Origin: Anthoceros angustus
Taxonomy: Eukaryota; Plantae; Anthocerotophyta
Direction: 5' to 3'
NCBI GenBank assembly: GCA_010909165.1
Contig: MU008210.1
Location: 248,001-312,000, forward strand
DNA length: 64,000 nt
The notes below the pieces were generated by a model that saw only the letters and a program-made list of their open reading frames with translations, did no database searches and had not been told where the DNA came from. A program made the position numbers and the translations under genes. Below are positions 1 to 13,032 of this stretch, in pieces; within the stretch, counting starts at the first letter, position 1; each line of letters starts with the position of its first letter.

Positions 1-8
1 AGGCAGCC

Positions 9-470
9 TTGTTGACAATTGACCAAGAAGGATACACCTTCGAATGGACAATGCAGAGGAGGCTTTTCGGTGAAGGACGGCTTGGTGAGCGCACCAACGT
101 TACAACCGCGATTGGAGAAACCGTTTCACGTATCGTGGATGTGTCCGCTTATGCCATTGGGACCGTCTTAAGCGGAAGGGCGAGAAGAAAGCGGGATCAT
201 CCGATTTTCTATGCGAGGCGGCTCACGGATCGAAGAACTACTCAACCACGGAGGGAGGGTCTTGGTATCATTTACTCTGTAAGAAGTTTAGACACTATCG
301 CTTGCTTGCAAGGTGGCGTTCATGTTGACCATTTTGCGTTGAAGTACCTTGTCAACAAGCGGTTGTCGGGAAGGATTGCCGGATGGGTACTACTGCTGCA
401 AGAGTTTGATTACGTAGAAACTAGGCGGGAAGCACATCAAAATGCTGATTTTATTTCTCGAAACGAGAGG
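9..470 (+). pseudogene. Ty3/gypsy pol fragment: RNase H domain (RT-associated)
   Basis: ORF 9..527 contains DVSAYAIGTVL, HPIFYA, EGLGIIYSV, VDHFALKYLVNK, RIAGWVLLLQEFD and HQNADFISR, the typical gypsy RNase H motif series. Confidence 0.9.
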
Positions 471-1149
471 CGGACCACCGATTTCACGAGGAGTTGGTCG
501 CCACACTGGTCGAAGGGGAGGACGTGAGCATGTTGTAGACGGCCTAAGAATTGATCAGCAAGTCTTGTTGCCGGAGAGGCCAAATGAGCAAGAAGGAGCG
601 TTGTGCGGGAAAAGCTGCAGGACAATCTGGAAATCGGGAGATAGGATGGCGCCAGCGAGGAGGAGGCTGAATGCTCCTCAAGGGTGAGCAGTCGGAGGGC
701 TGCAAGTGGAGGCCACGAGTTGGCAAAAGGAAGGAGGTGCACCCCATGACAAGTTTGAAGAAAACTGGGAGAAGGAGATGGCATTCATGGGAAATCACTC
801 GAGGAGGACATGGAGGTGCAGGCAAGAGGTCGCCATGGGAGCACGAGTGGACCTAGACACGAGGCTAGACCAGCGAATGGAAGAGATCAGCCGTTGAGGA
901 GGAGCATGCACACTGCGAAGGCGTGCGGCATGGGCGAAGCGAGGCGGATTTGTAGATAGATCCACGCCACAGGGCTACTGCAACGAGCTAGCGAGGAGGC
1001 GGCGTAGTATGCCCGGAAGGAGGAGATTAGAACGTGAGGGGCGTTCATGCCCAAGATATCTCTGAACGGTGAAATCAGTTCTGGAGCATGGAATCATGCC
1101 CGATGGTTTGTCAGGAGGCGGGCTGTTTTCTCCATAAAGCCTCGCCCCT

Positions 1150-2250
1150 ATTGCCTAGGAGCGTCTATACAAGCTTGGGCCGGACGAGAAGATCCGGAGG
1201 TGCCTCGAGGTTGAAGAGGCTGCACTCGTCACGGAGGCACTACATGCAGAAGAGGCAGGTGGACACTATTCGGTACAGGTGACCGTTAAGAAGATCTTAA
1301 ATGCAGGGTTCTGGTGGGCTACGATGCAGAAGGATGTGTGGGAGTTCACTCGGAGGTGTGATGCGTGTCAGAGGGTTGGGCGGCCTACGTTGTCGACACA
1401 ATGGCCTCTCACCTACATACTACCGTTAGCACCATTCGAGAAGTGGGGAATCGATTTTGTGGGGCCGATCAAACCACCAACCCAATGGACGAAGAAGCAG
1501 TACATTCTGGTGGCCACAGACTATTGCACGAAGATGGTGGAAGCGGAAGCGACGAGGAAGGACGACGCACCTGCAGTGGCAAAGTTTTTATTCGAGAACA
1601 TCATAACGAGGTACGGGTGTCCTTTAGAGTTGGTCAGCGACCGAGGGACACATTTCCTCAACTCTGTCGTTGAGTCCCTAACCACCTACTTCAACATTCG
1701 GCATCGAAAGACGACCCCCTACAACCCCAAGGCGAATCGGATTGACGGAGAAGACGAATGGGTTGCTGCACAATCCTCACCAAGGTGTAAACACACATGT
1801 ATGATTGGGATGCTAAGTTGCATTGACCCAGTGGGCCTGAGAAGGTAACCACCAAGAAGACCCTTATTATCGGCGTATGGCATGTCACCTGTGATGCCGT
1901 GGAATTTGAAGTACCTACCTACGGGATCATGGAGGATGAGCATGGTGTAGAGGATAGTCGTAGCTAGGTTAGAATCTTTCATAGAGCAGGAGGAACGTAG
2001 GGAAGATGCTTTAGAAGAAACCCGGATTCGGGGCTCGGAAAGACGGCATGATGGGAGGTTGAGGAAGCGAGAGGCTATCGTGGCGGGATTTGGTTCTTCT
2101 ATGATAGTCGATACCTAGACTTTCCAGGAAGCTTAGATGAGATGGATGGGACCTTACGAGGTGGTAGCGGTATGAGAATGGATCTGCAACTCCGGGGGCG
2201 GAATTTACCGAGTGAATGGGTGGAAGGTTAAGAAGTACCTTCCCAGGTAC
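1150..2250 (+). pseudogene. Ty3/gypsy integrase (frameshifted): HHCC zinc domain, core and GPY/F motif
   Basis: Frame before the ORF reads EALHAEEAGGHYS and joins ORF 1279..1848 (CDACQRVG, WGIDFVGP, LVATDY, LVSDRGTHF, TTPYNPKAN). GGACCTTAC (GPY, in WMGPYEVV) lies at ~2149. Confidence 0.92.
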
Positions 2251-2679
2251 TGTTGTTTGCGAGGGCGCAAAAGTGAGGAGGGAGTATGTGGAGCATAAAG
2301 TTTGGGCAACCAGTCAAAAGAGCCAAGACAAACAAGTTTGATTTTTTGGCTAAAACGATTGAAGAGGAGCATGCCAGAAATTTTCGAGAATCTTGAAGCT
2401 GGGTTGTAGGATATTGTTAGGAAGTCGAGGATATCCAGGAAAGAACGGGTCAAACGACCCCAGGCGAGGCGAGGCGAGGCGGTGGTGAGACTAAGTGGCT
2501 GCCACACTACGCCCGAGGTGAGAAAAGAGCACTACGGTGGTGACAAAATCTCGGAAAGGAAATTAGAATAGGGGATATCCACTATATATGCTCACCAATA
2601 GGGAATAAATATATAGATTAATTAGGGGTAGCGATAGAATAGGAAAATAGGTAGATAGGATTAGGATTTTGGAATGATG

Positions 2680-5400
2680 AACCAATCTAGGGTTGTGCAG
2701 CCTCTGGCGCATCCAAAGAGGGCAAAGTGCGATTTTGGGCGCGCTCCTCCCTTGAGCAAGAAGGCGGAGGAGTTGGGCGTAAGGCGAAGGAAGGAAGGCG
2801 CCATCGCGAGGAGGAGAGGCCTACATCCACCAGGAGAAGGAAGGCGCCATCGGAGGAGGAGGCGAGGCGAGGCGGCGGTGGTGAGGAAGCGAGCGCCACG
2901 GCGGGAAGAGCTCTGCTGGACCAGGAGAAGGAGGCGGGAGGCGAGGCGAGGCGGCGTGAGTGCGGTGGAATTGAGGCGGGGAGGCGTTGTGACATTGGTG
3001 GCGGCGCACCTGGAAGAAGGCAGAGAGGGAGCGGTGGGGCTCAAACCAGGGCTAACGTGCTGCGGGGAAGTGGGTTGCCACAAGGAAGAGGTGCGTGTGG
3101 AATTTTGAAGCTCTTTGGAAGTAATTTCCTTCCTTTTGAAGCACTTGGAAGGCACCATGCCTCGAGCGGAAAAGGCAAGGGAAGGAACCGCAGGGCTCCT
3201 CGCGAGGAGGAAGGAAAGAAGGCAGCGGAGGCTGCCGCCGAGGAGAGTCGAGATGCCCCAATTCACTTGCTTTGCGGCAGCTCAACCCCGATTTGGTTGA
3301 TTTTCGGTGAGGAGGATAACATCCAATTGGGATGGGTGTATGGCCAATGGGCCTACACCAATTTGGAATTGATTGAGTGTTCATCAATCTCCATCAATCG
3401 AGGGCCCGCCTTCGGAAAGGAATGCTCGACGGATCCCTGCTGGACCGTGAGCATTCGACAGTGTATGGGAGGCCGGAGGAGAGCTCGGTGCTCTCCTCGA
3501 GAGGACGAATGGAGGAAGAGGACGGCCCTCTCCATTCCGCAGAGTTCCTCGACATGATGGATGGAGGTGAAGGCCCATGCCAAGAATGGTGGAAAAGCGA
3601 GCATCAAGGAGCTGAAGTGGAGGCTCTTTGCAAGATTGTGCTGGGGTTGGTGAATTACCAAAGACTTCTTATTTCACTTCCTCCAATTTTGTGGAAGATT
3701 TCAATGGGAGCCAAGCATTGGGGCACCATCATGTATGAGGCCTACATCCACCACAGAAGCTCCTCAAGCCAAATTCGTGGATGAGGAAGGGCCAAGGCCA
3801 CCTACCTTAGCACCTATTTGGTGCATTTGTGGGAAACCGAGGGACTTCTCACAAGCAAGGAGTTGGAAGATGCTTGGCATCCTTGAGATAATTCATCTCC
3901 AAGCTTGGAAAGGCCTTTGCCTTTTGCATTGAGGAAAAGTGGGAGGTCGACCTCCACAAGCATGCTAGGGCAAGGCGAGGAGGATGTAGAGGCAACAAGG
4001 TTGCGGAGTGGGAATCTTTTCCCCACAGAGCAAGGAGGAGGAGAGGAGCAGGAAGCCGAAGGCCGAATGGTAGTCTATGAGAGGAGGACTACCACGGGAG
4101 GGTGTGACCCCAAGGGTGGGGAGTCCCCACCATCTCATTGTGCCTAGAGAGGCACCCCAGCTACCTGAGGCGGCCTACCAGGGTGGGCGGACTACCACGG
4201 TAGGTAGGCGACTACCACGGTAGGTAGGCAGACTACCACGGTAGGCGGCCACCGCGGGAGCACCTGCAGCACCCTCGGTGCAGCTCTACGGTAGGGAAGG
4301 AAGGAGAAGCACGGAGCGCGGGCGCCTACCACTACCGCGCTGGAGGAAGGCGGATGGGCGGCAGTGAGGGACCCCACCGCCGTGGTGATGGTGAGGAGGG
4401 GCTGGAAATTTCCAGCAAGAAGGCGGAGGGTGGAATTAGGACCCCTAGAGAATTGCTGAGTGCTTGTGAGCACTTTGGATTTGAAGGGGCTAGGGAGCTA
4501 GCAGCCTCCTTGTGGGCATGTCAGGAGGAAGTCAAGCCCAAGAAATGACGGAGAGGAGAGTAGGGACTAAATGGCAATTGGAAGCCATGGAGTCCGACGA
4601 GAAGGCAGCCAAGCTGGAGAAGGCTGTGGAGAAACTCCAGCGGGATCTCGTGGACCAGCGGAGGCGGAGAAGGTCCTAGAGGGGAGGTTGTCACAGACCG
4701 AGGAGAGAGCCATTCGGGCAACAACCAGGATTCTTGGAGGCGAGGAGGAGCATTTTGCCCAATTGAGAGAAAGGGCAAAGCAGAGGCTCTAGGAAGGAGA
4801 AGGTGGCGATCCAACAAATGGATGCACAAGAGCAGGTGATGGCTACCAAGCCATCAAGATCCGGGACATGGAAGAGGAATTGCGAAGGACCCGGTTCAAT
4901 TTGGAAGAGAAGCGGAGCTAAAGGCTCAAGATCGGGTACAGAGCTAGGCGAGGAAGTGAGTGGCAAGTGGAGAAGGAGAGACTTGCCAAGCAATGGCCTG
5001 GAACAAAGGAGGTTCCAGAGGAAGAGCACAAGAAGGTGGTGCAGGATCTTGGTGGTGAGGAAGAGGAGATTTTGGGCAGATTATGCCCTTCAAGCAAAAT
5101 TAGCCAGCTAGCTGAGGAACGCAAGGGAGGAGAATGTGACCCTCCATGTCAAGGTGGGAGAATTGACCACCGCAAGGGACGCCTACAAGGGTAGGTGTGA
5201 GGATGGAGAGTGGCCCACGGAGATTGATGATCTCCAAATGCAGTATCATAGCTTGGGGGCTCACCTCCACAATAGGATTTTGAAGGCCAACAACGAATTC
5301 TTACGGTTGGCCAAGAGGAGGACAATAGGTCCTCATGATGATGACAGGAAGGAGCTGCAACAAGTGCAGCGAGGCCTCGACTTTGATGAGGTGTGAGTGA
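2680..5400 (+). pseudogene. Extra 3' (env-position) ORF of the gypsy element: conserved globular block plus coiled coil, frameshifted
   Basis: Reads NIQLGWVYGQWAYTNLELIE, KIVLGLVNYQR, WGTIMYEAYIHHR and TYLSTYLVHLWETEGLL; homologous blocks occur at 17.0-17.9, 20.4-20.9 and 23.6-24.2 kb. An E/K/R-rich coiled-coil tail lies at 4550-5400. Confidence 0.7.
4191..4245. repeat. Tandem repeat, ~20 bp unit ACTACCACGGTAGGTAGGCG, ~3 copies
   Basis: Directly visible; a variant of the 6514 array. Confidence 0.85.
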
Positions 5401-6513
5401 CATGGACTCAGGAATCGAGAGTCGGAGGCGAAGGAGGCCGTGGCGCCAAGGAGGAAGATGGCGCGGAGGAGAGGAGGAGGACAGCCCGCCACAGGGGTCA
5501 CCCTACCACGGTGGGTGACCACCTACCACGGTAGTCTGCCGGACTACCACGGTGGGTGACCACCTACCACGGTAGGTAGGCGGACTACGGTGGGCTGGCC
5601 GCGGGGAGGCTTCTGGGAGTCGGCCGGAGGCTGGTGAGGAAGGAGCCGGGGTGGTGACACCCTGGGAATAGAAGAGGAGGTGGGAGACAACCAGGAGGAG
5701 GAGGCGAGGATCCGACCCGTTAAGGAAGAAGGAGGGTGAGAAGTTCCCTCACCCACGAGCAAGGGAAGGCCGAGCCGAGGAGGAGGCGCGAAAGGGCCGG
5801 AGGATTAGTGAAAATCGTGACAATTGGGGAGGAAGAATCTTTGAGAATGCTCCATGATAGGTATGGACAAATCAAGAGGAAAGGAGCACGGATTCCAACC
5901 CAAGGCTCAGCGAGATGGGAGAAGAAGAAAAATGAAGATCGGACTACCATGGTAGGTGTTAGTGGAAGGCCTCCTATAAGAGGAGGAGGAGGAGGAGGCG
6001 CGAAAGGGCCGGAGGCTGGAGAAAAGGCGCCTTGCTTGTTTAGAAGGCTGAGAAGGAGGCCGTGGCGCCAAGGAGGAAGAGGATGAGGAAGGGGCAGATT
6101 GTACTTGCCCACACATTAGGAAGGATAGGTGGTGTGGTGAGGAAGCAAGGAGGAGAATGTGACCCTCCATGTCAAGGTGGGAGAATTGACCACCTCAAGG
6201 GACGCCTACAAGGTAGGTGTGAGGATGGAGAGTGGCCCACGGAGATTGATGATCTCCAAATGCAATATCATAGCTTGGGGCTCACCTCCACAATAGATTT
6301 TGAAGGCCAACAATGAGGTCTTACGGTTGGCCAAGAGGAGGACATTGGGTCCTCATGATGATGGAGAAGGAGCTGCAACAAGTGCGGCCGGAGGCCTCCG
6401 ATTTTGATGAGGCCATGAAATGGACTCAGGAATCGAGTCGGAGGCGAAGGAGGCGGAGGCGAAGGAGGAAGATGGCGCGGAGAGCAAGGAGGGGACAGCC
6501 CTCCCGGGTCACC

Positions 6514-6605
6514 CTACCACGGTGGGTGACCACCTACCACGGTGGGTGACCACCTACCACGGTGGGTGACCACCTACCACGGTGGGTGACCACCTACCAC
6601 GGTGG
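6514..6605. repeat. Perfect tandem array of 20 bp CTACCACGGTGGGTGACCAC, 4.5 copies (shorter copies at ~5500-5590 and ~6990-7040)
   Basis: Directly visible, no spacers; each unit contains the mini-hairpin GGTGG-GTGA-CCACC. Confidence 0.95.
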
Positions 6606-7476
6606 TGACATCCTTTAAGGATGATCTTAGGTGAAGTTACTAGAATAGAAGAGGAGGTGGGAGAAGAAGGATAGGTGGTGTGGTGACACACCCTGGGAGG
6701 AAGAGGAGGTGGGAGAAGAAGGAGGGTGAGAAGTTCCCTCACCCCACGAGCAAGGAGGGTGAGAAGTTCCCTCACCCACGAGCAAGGGAAGGGCCGGAGG
6801 AAGATGGCGCGGAGGCTGGAGAAAAAGGGCCGGAGGATTAGTGCATCGGTGACAATTGGGGAGGAAGAATCTTTGAGAATGCTCCATGATAGGTATGGAC
6901 AAATCAAGGAGGAAGAGGAGGACATTGGGTCCTCATGATGATGATGGAGAAGAAGAAAAATTGGAAAAGGTGACTGCGGTAGGGTCACCTACCACGGTGG
7001 GTGACCACCTACCACGGTGGGTGACCACCTACCACGGTAGTCTTGATGAAACAGCGCGACGGTGCGGAGGCTGGAGAAAAGGCGCCTGGTGCGGAGGCGA
7101 AGGAGGAAGAGGAGGACATTGGGTCCTCATGATGATGGAGGAAGGGGCAGATTGTACTTGCCCACACATTAGGAAGGACGTAGAAATGGCGCGGAGAGCA
7201 AAAGGAGGGCGAGGGAGCCAATCCACAAGGGACATGTCGCCACCCCAGCAAGATAAGGACTGAGAATGGTCAATGACCATAAATGAGCTTGGGGAATAGG
7301 AAGGATAGGTGGTGTAGACTGACATCCTTTAAGGATGATCTTAGGTGAAGTTACTAGAATAGAATTTACCAAGGATCAGACAATAGACTTAGGTGCCAGG
7401 CATTAAATGCTGGCGGTAGGAAATAATAGAAAATTGGAAAAGGTGACCTGCAGTAGGGTCACCTAAGGGAGGTTGT

Positions 7477-8696
7477 ATGTGGAAGGCCTCCTATAAGAGG
7501 AGGAGGATTTCACAAAGTAAAGTATCATGTCTTGCGCTTCCATACTCGCGAGTCCTTTGCCCTTGTAAAGGAATTTCGTGCCGTGAGCCTAAGGGAGGTT
7601 TTTGTCATAGAAGGGACGAAATCGCGGTGGTCGGAGTGCTTGGTGGAGGACTTGCTCTGCAAGTGCCTAAACGAGTTGCTCCCCTTGTGAATGGTTCTTT
7701 GTGAAATTGCTTTGCTTTGGGTGTGTGGCAATGCCGGGAACTCTCGGCTTGAGGGTAGACTACGGGGAAAGACTCCTGGAGGTTCTCGGCTGGTGTACTC
7801 TCCTCCGTTATCTGCTCAATATGTCGGATCCAGCACCACTATGTCTTTGAGCCATTTTCGAACTGAAATGTGGAGGGCATGACTCTTATGATGCAAAATG
7901 TACAGAACAATATCGACTCCATTCATCTATGAAGGTTATAAAGTATAAGGCACCTCCAAAAGAAGCGGTAGACATTGGTCCGATGGTATGAAGAATACTA
8001 GGGGCTCTAGACAAATCTTTGTCTCTAAAGGGCTGTGAGGCAGCCTTCTTTGGTTTGAGCATCACGGAAAGCATGGGTGTCAAACTCATAGCAACCGCCC
8101 AAGGAAGAACTTGTTGGTGGAGGCCGACCCAGGCGGTTGTGCCGTGAGCCTAAGGGAGGTTGTATGTGGAAGGCCAGGCGAGGTTAGAATAGGAGGAAGA
8201 GGATGAGAAGATGAGTAGAGGATTAGAGGTGTAGGTGTTAGTGGAAGGCCACAGGCGAGCCTAAGGGACGAATCCCAAATCTCAAGTAAGAAGTCTTGAC
8301 ATCCAATAAGTACAAGTCATTATATGGGGTTCTGAGAAGAGTGGTCTTAGAAGTAGGGACGAAATCGCGGTGTGGATCGGGGGTCCACAGGCGCCGTGAT
8401 AGGCTCCTTCTGCTAAGGCGGGACACCAATTGTGTTGTGTCGTTGTAGGTCGGGGGGTGGTCGGAGGCGAGCCTAAGGGAGGTTGTATGTGGAAGAGGAT
8501 GAGAAGATGAGTAGAGGGCACCTTGCTTGTTTAGAAGGCTGAGAAGTGTGTCACTGCAAGTAGCGATCGGTTATCACAAGACCTCGAACTTTCACACAAG
8601 TCTCATGGGACGAAACCCAACGTACGAAGCGACAATGGGATAAGTGTGGCCGCTAGAGGGGGAAGCCACGGAAGCCCCGGGGTTTTCCCTCCCACA
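7477..8696 (+). mobile_element. Mosaic of gypsy LTR family A fragments ending at the LTR 3' terminus ...CCCTCCCACA (8696)
   Basis: Shares GAAATTGCTTTGCTTTGGGTGTGTGGC and TAAGTGTGGCC.CTAGAGGG...CCCACA with copies ending at 33373 and 47925 and, inverted, at 10504 and 57463. Confidence 0.8.
7886..8089 (-). pseudogene. Ty1/copia integrase N-terminal fragment
   Basis: QPF...RAPSILHT(..)GPMSTASFGGALYFITFIDEWSRY matches the copia rve entry motif. Confidence 0.85.
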
Positions 8697-8900
8697 AGCA
8701 GCCTGAAGGATCAAAGCAAATACAGCATGCGTGCTCTTGGGATAGTTTAAGAACAGACATGAGGTTTTTTGTCATAGAAGGGACGAAGAGCACACCTGAC
8801 AGGGTGATTATTGACCTATCCGACAACTCTATCCTCACTATTCCAGAGCCCTTGAATTGGGCTTTAGCTATTCCCCTCCCGGCTCGCAGCTGGAAGGACG
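8697..8900 (-). pseudogene. Ty1/copia protease C-terminal fragment
   Basis: KGSGIVRIEL...ITLSGVLFVPSMTKNLMSVLKL is the typical copia protease tail; it is cut exactly at the LTR-A terminus. Confidence 0.8.
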
Positions 8901-10503
8901 TAGAAATGGCCGCGGCGTTGGTTTTAAGGGCATATTGCAGGAAGCCACGGCACGCAGTGCTGTGATCTGTACATTTTCGGTAGGTCGAACCTGCACACTT
9001 GCAGAGAACGAAGGAACGCAGCACCGCCAGCATAGCCCTAAGCCCCGAACGCGTGGCGCAATGCACCACCGCTAGCACACCCCTAATTGCCGGTTTTGGC
9101 TAGTGCTGAACATTAACGTGCAAACCCTGCAGAGCGCATGATTGTTTCATTGGTGCATGCACCCACACGTGTTGGCACCCTACCTGTAATTGTTATCGTT
9201 CCGCTGACGATCTTCAAGTATTGAGTTTGTCGGCCATGTGCGCCTCCAGCATGATCGACATCCAGACCATGATGTATGCCAGTATGCCAATCCATTGTCA
9301 TGAGCCAATGACGTTCGCTGAGTCGTGATGTGACCTCAACGCAATCGCTTGAACCTAGGTTTTTGGCGTCCTTGGATTATGGTGTGCCAAGGTATGTCCC
9401 GGTTGGCATGGTGCTATTTAATTATGTACCACGGAGAGGCTCATTTGCCTTTGGAGAGGAAAGGGCCGCGGTCGACCAATGGCGGCGGTGATGTCATGTC
9501 GCGAATATTTCAGGGCACGCAGCATAGTTGGACTGGCAATATCACGCGCATCTGACTCGAACTGCGGTGTAACGAATACACGCATCAACGGCTTGAATTG
9601 CATCCATACTAAGGTCGGGAGGCAGGGAGAGTGTCCATACGGGCTTTCACTGTCGATTCATGTAGGTCCGGCCTCGCTCTCCTTCAAGGCAAGAGCACCA
9701 TTGAGGTCCTCCTCCTCTACCTCATCTCAAGCTTATATTTGGGGATGCTTTGGTTGTGTTGCAGTGCATGAGGCTGTTTTGTGGGCATGACAGGTTTGAA
9801 TGCCCGTTGCGGTGGGTGTTTGCAGGCGAATTAGGGGATGGCGGCAGGACCAAACGGAAGCGGTGACTACAGCCGCTTTCTTGCGTGCATAGAGGGCAGT
9901 ATCAAGCAAACCTGGGCGGATTCGTGGGCACTTTGGCAGCTTCCGGAATGCCATCCAGACTTTTTAGACAACGACGCCCGGATGTGGGTAGCATTACTGC
10001 GAAGGCCGGACGCCACGTGCGTGCTTATTGTTGGGAGGTGTTGCTCGAAATTACACAGTGGATGACCACACTGCCTAACCTGAGGATCGGTGAATGGTTT
10101 GACAAGCAGCGCCGGATTTGGTGGGCGCTTTTTTCAGCTTTGTAGAGTCGAGTCGGGCAAGGATGCCATTCCTCCTGCGCAGTATCTCGTATGGCCACAC
10201 CGGTTGCGGGCATGGCCCAGCATCCAACTGAGGTAGACGGTGCACGAATTGATTATAGGTGATGGTAGAAATTACATGGCGAGCCGTCGGATGAGTCTGG
10301 GTCGTGATGCCTCTAATTGCAACTCGATATTGGCAGCATGAAGTTGGCTCGGTTCATTGAGCTTGATTCGACATTTCACTGTCAAGCCATGTGAGCTCGC
10401 AATTTGCGTGCAGAGACAAAAGCATACTTGTTTCTTGGAATGCAACCGTAATAGCGTATGCCCAAAATACAAAGTTTAATGTTGTAATAAAGTGTTCCGT
10501 CTC

Positions 10504-11990
10504 TGTGGGAGAAAACCCGGGGCTCCCGAGATTCACCCTCTAGTGGCCACACTTATCCCACTGTCACTCAGGACGTCGGGTTTCGTCCCATAAGACTTGT
10601 GTGGACAGCGGATTCGAGAGATCAATCGTTGCCTTCACCCATTCACAACCTCGGCCCCTCAACAAGCAAGGCGCCTCTAACTCTCCCTCTACAATGCACC
10701 ACTTCACTGCTCACGAAAATTCACCAACTCCCGACCTACAACAATACAACACAACTGTAGGCCATGCCTCGTGGAAAGGAGCCCACCACGGCGTCCGGGG
10801 ACCCCATGACCCACGCGATTTCGTCCCTACCTCTAAGACTAACTCTTCCAACAATTTGAGCTCCCTCTTGTTACAAATTTGGGATTCGTCCCTAAGGCTC
10901 TGCTTGTGGCCTTCCACTATTTCCTACACTCTAATCTTCTACTCATCATCCCACTCATCATCATCCTCAATGCTCAACTCAACTCATCATCCTCCTCCTA
11001 ATCTAACTTCACTTCAAGCTCACTGGCCCCGGCTTGCTCTTACGGCATAACTGCCTGGGCTTTAGGGTGCCGCCTACAAGCCAGCAAGTTCTTCCTTGGT
11101 CCGGTTGCTATGAGTTTGACACCAGACAGCGAGAACCTCCAGGGAGTCTTTCCTTGTAGCTACCCTCAAGCCGAGAGTTCCTTGGGCATCGCCACACACC
11201 CAAAGCAAAGCAATTTCACAGCAGCCATTCACAAGGGAGCAAGGCGCCCTCTAACTCTCCCTCTACAATGCACCACTTGCCTGCTGAAAATTCACCAACT
11301 CCCGACCTACAACAACACAACACAACTGTAGGCCATGCCTCGTGGAAAGGAGCCCACCACGGCGTCCGGGGACCCCATGACCCACGCGATTTCGTCCCTA
11401 CCTCTAAGACTAACTCTTCCAACAATTTGAGCTCCCTCTTGTTACATTTGGGATTCGTCCCTAAGGCTCGCTTGTGGCCTTCCACTATTTCCTACACTCT
11501 AATCTTCTACTCATCATCCCACTCATCATCCTCCTCAATGCTCAACTCAACTCATCATCCTCCTCCTAATCTAACTTCACTTCAAGCTCACGGCTCGCTC
11601 TTACGGCACAGGTTTAGGGTGCCGCCTACAAGCCAGCAAGTTCTTCCTTGGGCCGGTTGCTATGAGTTTGACACCGCATGAGAACCTCCAGGAGTCTTTC
11701 CTTGTAGCTACCCTCAAGCCGAGAGTTCCTTGGGCATCGCCACACACCCAAAGCAAAGCAATTTCACAAGGGGAGCAACTCGTCGAGGCGCCCGAGCGAG
11801 CCTCTACCAAGCACTCACTACCAAACTTCCTCTCTACCGGACCTGCGTTAGCTTCTGGTACGAAATTCCTTCACAAGGAGCAAAGGACTCAGTATGGAAG
11901 TGCAAGACGTGATACTTTACTGTGTAAAATCATCCTCCTCTTATAGGAGGATCCCCATATACAACCTCCCTCGGGAGGTTGTATATGGGG
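10504..11990 (-). mobile_element. Gypsy LTR family A (inverted), partial, with an internal ~550 bp duplication
   Basis: Starts TGTGGGAG (reverse complement of the CTCCCACA terminus). Segment ~10660-11235 is repeated at ~11236-11770. Confidence 0.85.
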
Positions 11991-12755
11991 ATCCTCCTGT
12001 TGCAACGCCTCTCTGTTTAGATATGAGGCTTAGCAAAGACCAATGTCCTGCAACCAATCACGAGGAGGAGGAGATGAAGAACATTCCTTACAGACAAGCA
12101 GTGGGCAGTATGATATTTGCCATGGTTGCAACTCGTCCAGATCTTGAGAAAGCTCGAGGTGCTGTGAGCCAATATATGCAAAATCCTGGAAAGCCACATT
12201 GGATTGCAGTGAAGAGGATAATGAGGTACTTGAAAGTCACACATGACATGTACCTTGAGTTTTCAGGTTCAAATGAAGGACACGTCTTGCTTGGATATTG
12301 TGACTGGATTGGGGAGCGATCTTGATGATCGGAGGTCCACAACCGGATATGTTTTATCCTAGGGGAGGTGCCATCGGTTGGAATAGCAAAGCAACCAACT
12401 GTTGCAATGTCTGATGGAGGCTGAGTACATGGCATCCACACAAGCTACAAAGGAAGCCATTTGGTTGAGAAGGTTCATGGAAGAAATTGGGTATCAACAA
12501 GTGTACCCAACTGTTCTTCAAAGTGACAACCAGGGAAGCATGGCATTGATCAAGAACCCTGTGCACCACTCAAGGACAAAGCATATTGATATCAAACATC
12601 ACTTTGTTCGTGAAAGGGTGAAATCATTGGAGGTTCCATTTGAGTATTGCAAAACAGAGGATATGGCTGCAGATTTCTTTACCAAGACTTCGAGCAAGTT
12701 CAAGTTTGAGAAGTGTAGAGAGGTAGTTGGATTAAGGCAAACTCAGGTGCGCTGA
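11990..12755 (+). pseudogene. Ty1/copia RT C-terminus and RNase H
   Basis: PYRQAVGSMIFAMVATRPDL, HWIAVKRIMRYLK, EAEYMA, SDNQGSMALIKNPVHHSRTKHIDIKHHFVRE, ADFFTK. Confidence 0.95.
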
Positions 12756-12762
12756 GTGGGAG

Positions 12763-13032
12763 TGTTGAGGATGCAGCTTCGAGTTTGTTAAGATGGATAT
12801 GACTATGTAAAAGATGTAGGTGATTGAGCTTACTATAAGTATATAGAAGTGGGTAAATGGGAAACATATACCCCATATTGAGTAGGAAACGTGAGTGACA
12901 CTTTTAGGGTTTAAAAGGGTGAGACCAGCTAGCTATAGTAGGTTCAGCTCTTTGACTATTGTCTTTGTGTTGTTTGCTCAAAGTTGCTCTTTACTTGTGT
13001 TTTAAGGCCTCGTTTAGTTTTGCAATTGAACA
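12763..13032 (+). mobile_element. Canonical copia 3' LTR (TGTTG...GAACA, ~270 bp) preceded by PPT GAGTGGGAG; second copy at 14561-14823
   Basis: The PPT follows the RNase H stop. Both copies share the same downstream junction CTTACTTTCTTGAC, so the second is a segmental duplicate. Confidence 0.85.

Larger units (their letters stand above)
1..7460 (+). mobile_element. Athila-like Ty3/gypsy element, 3' half (pol end plus extra 3' ORF region), internally rearranged
   Basis: RNase H and integrase are followed by a non-coding spacer, a sense extra ORF and tandem repeats, then LTR-family-A sequence from ~7480. Confidence 0.75.

Noticed and set aside
2680-5400. Retroviral-like envelope gene
   Set aside because: No signal peptide or transmembrane helix is visible; position alone is insufficient.
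6514-6605. Palindromic direct repeats resembling a CRISPR array
   Set aside because: Units abut with no spacers, there are no cas genes, and the array lies inside a retrotransposon 3' region.
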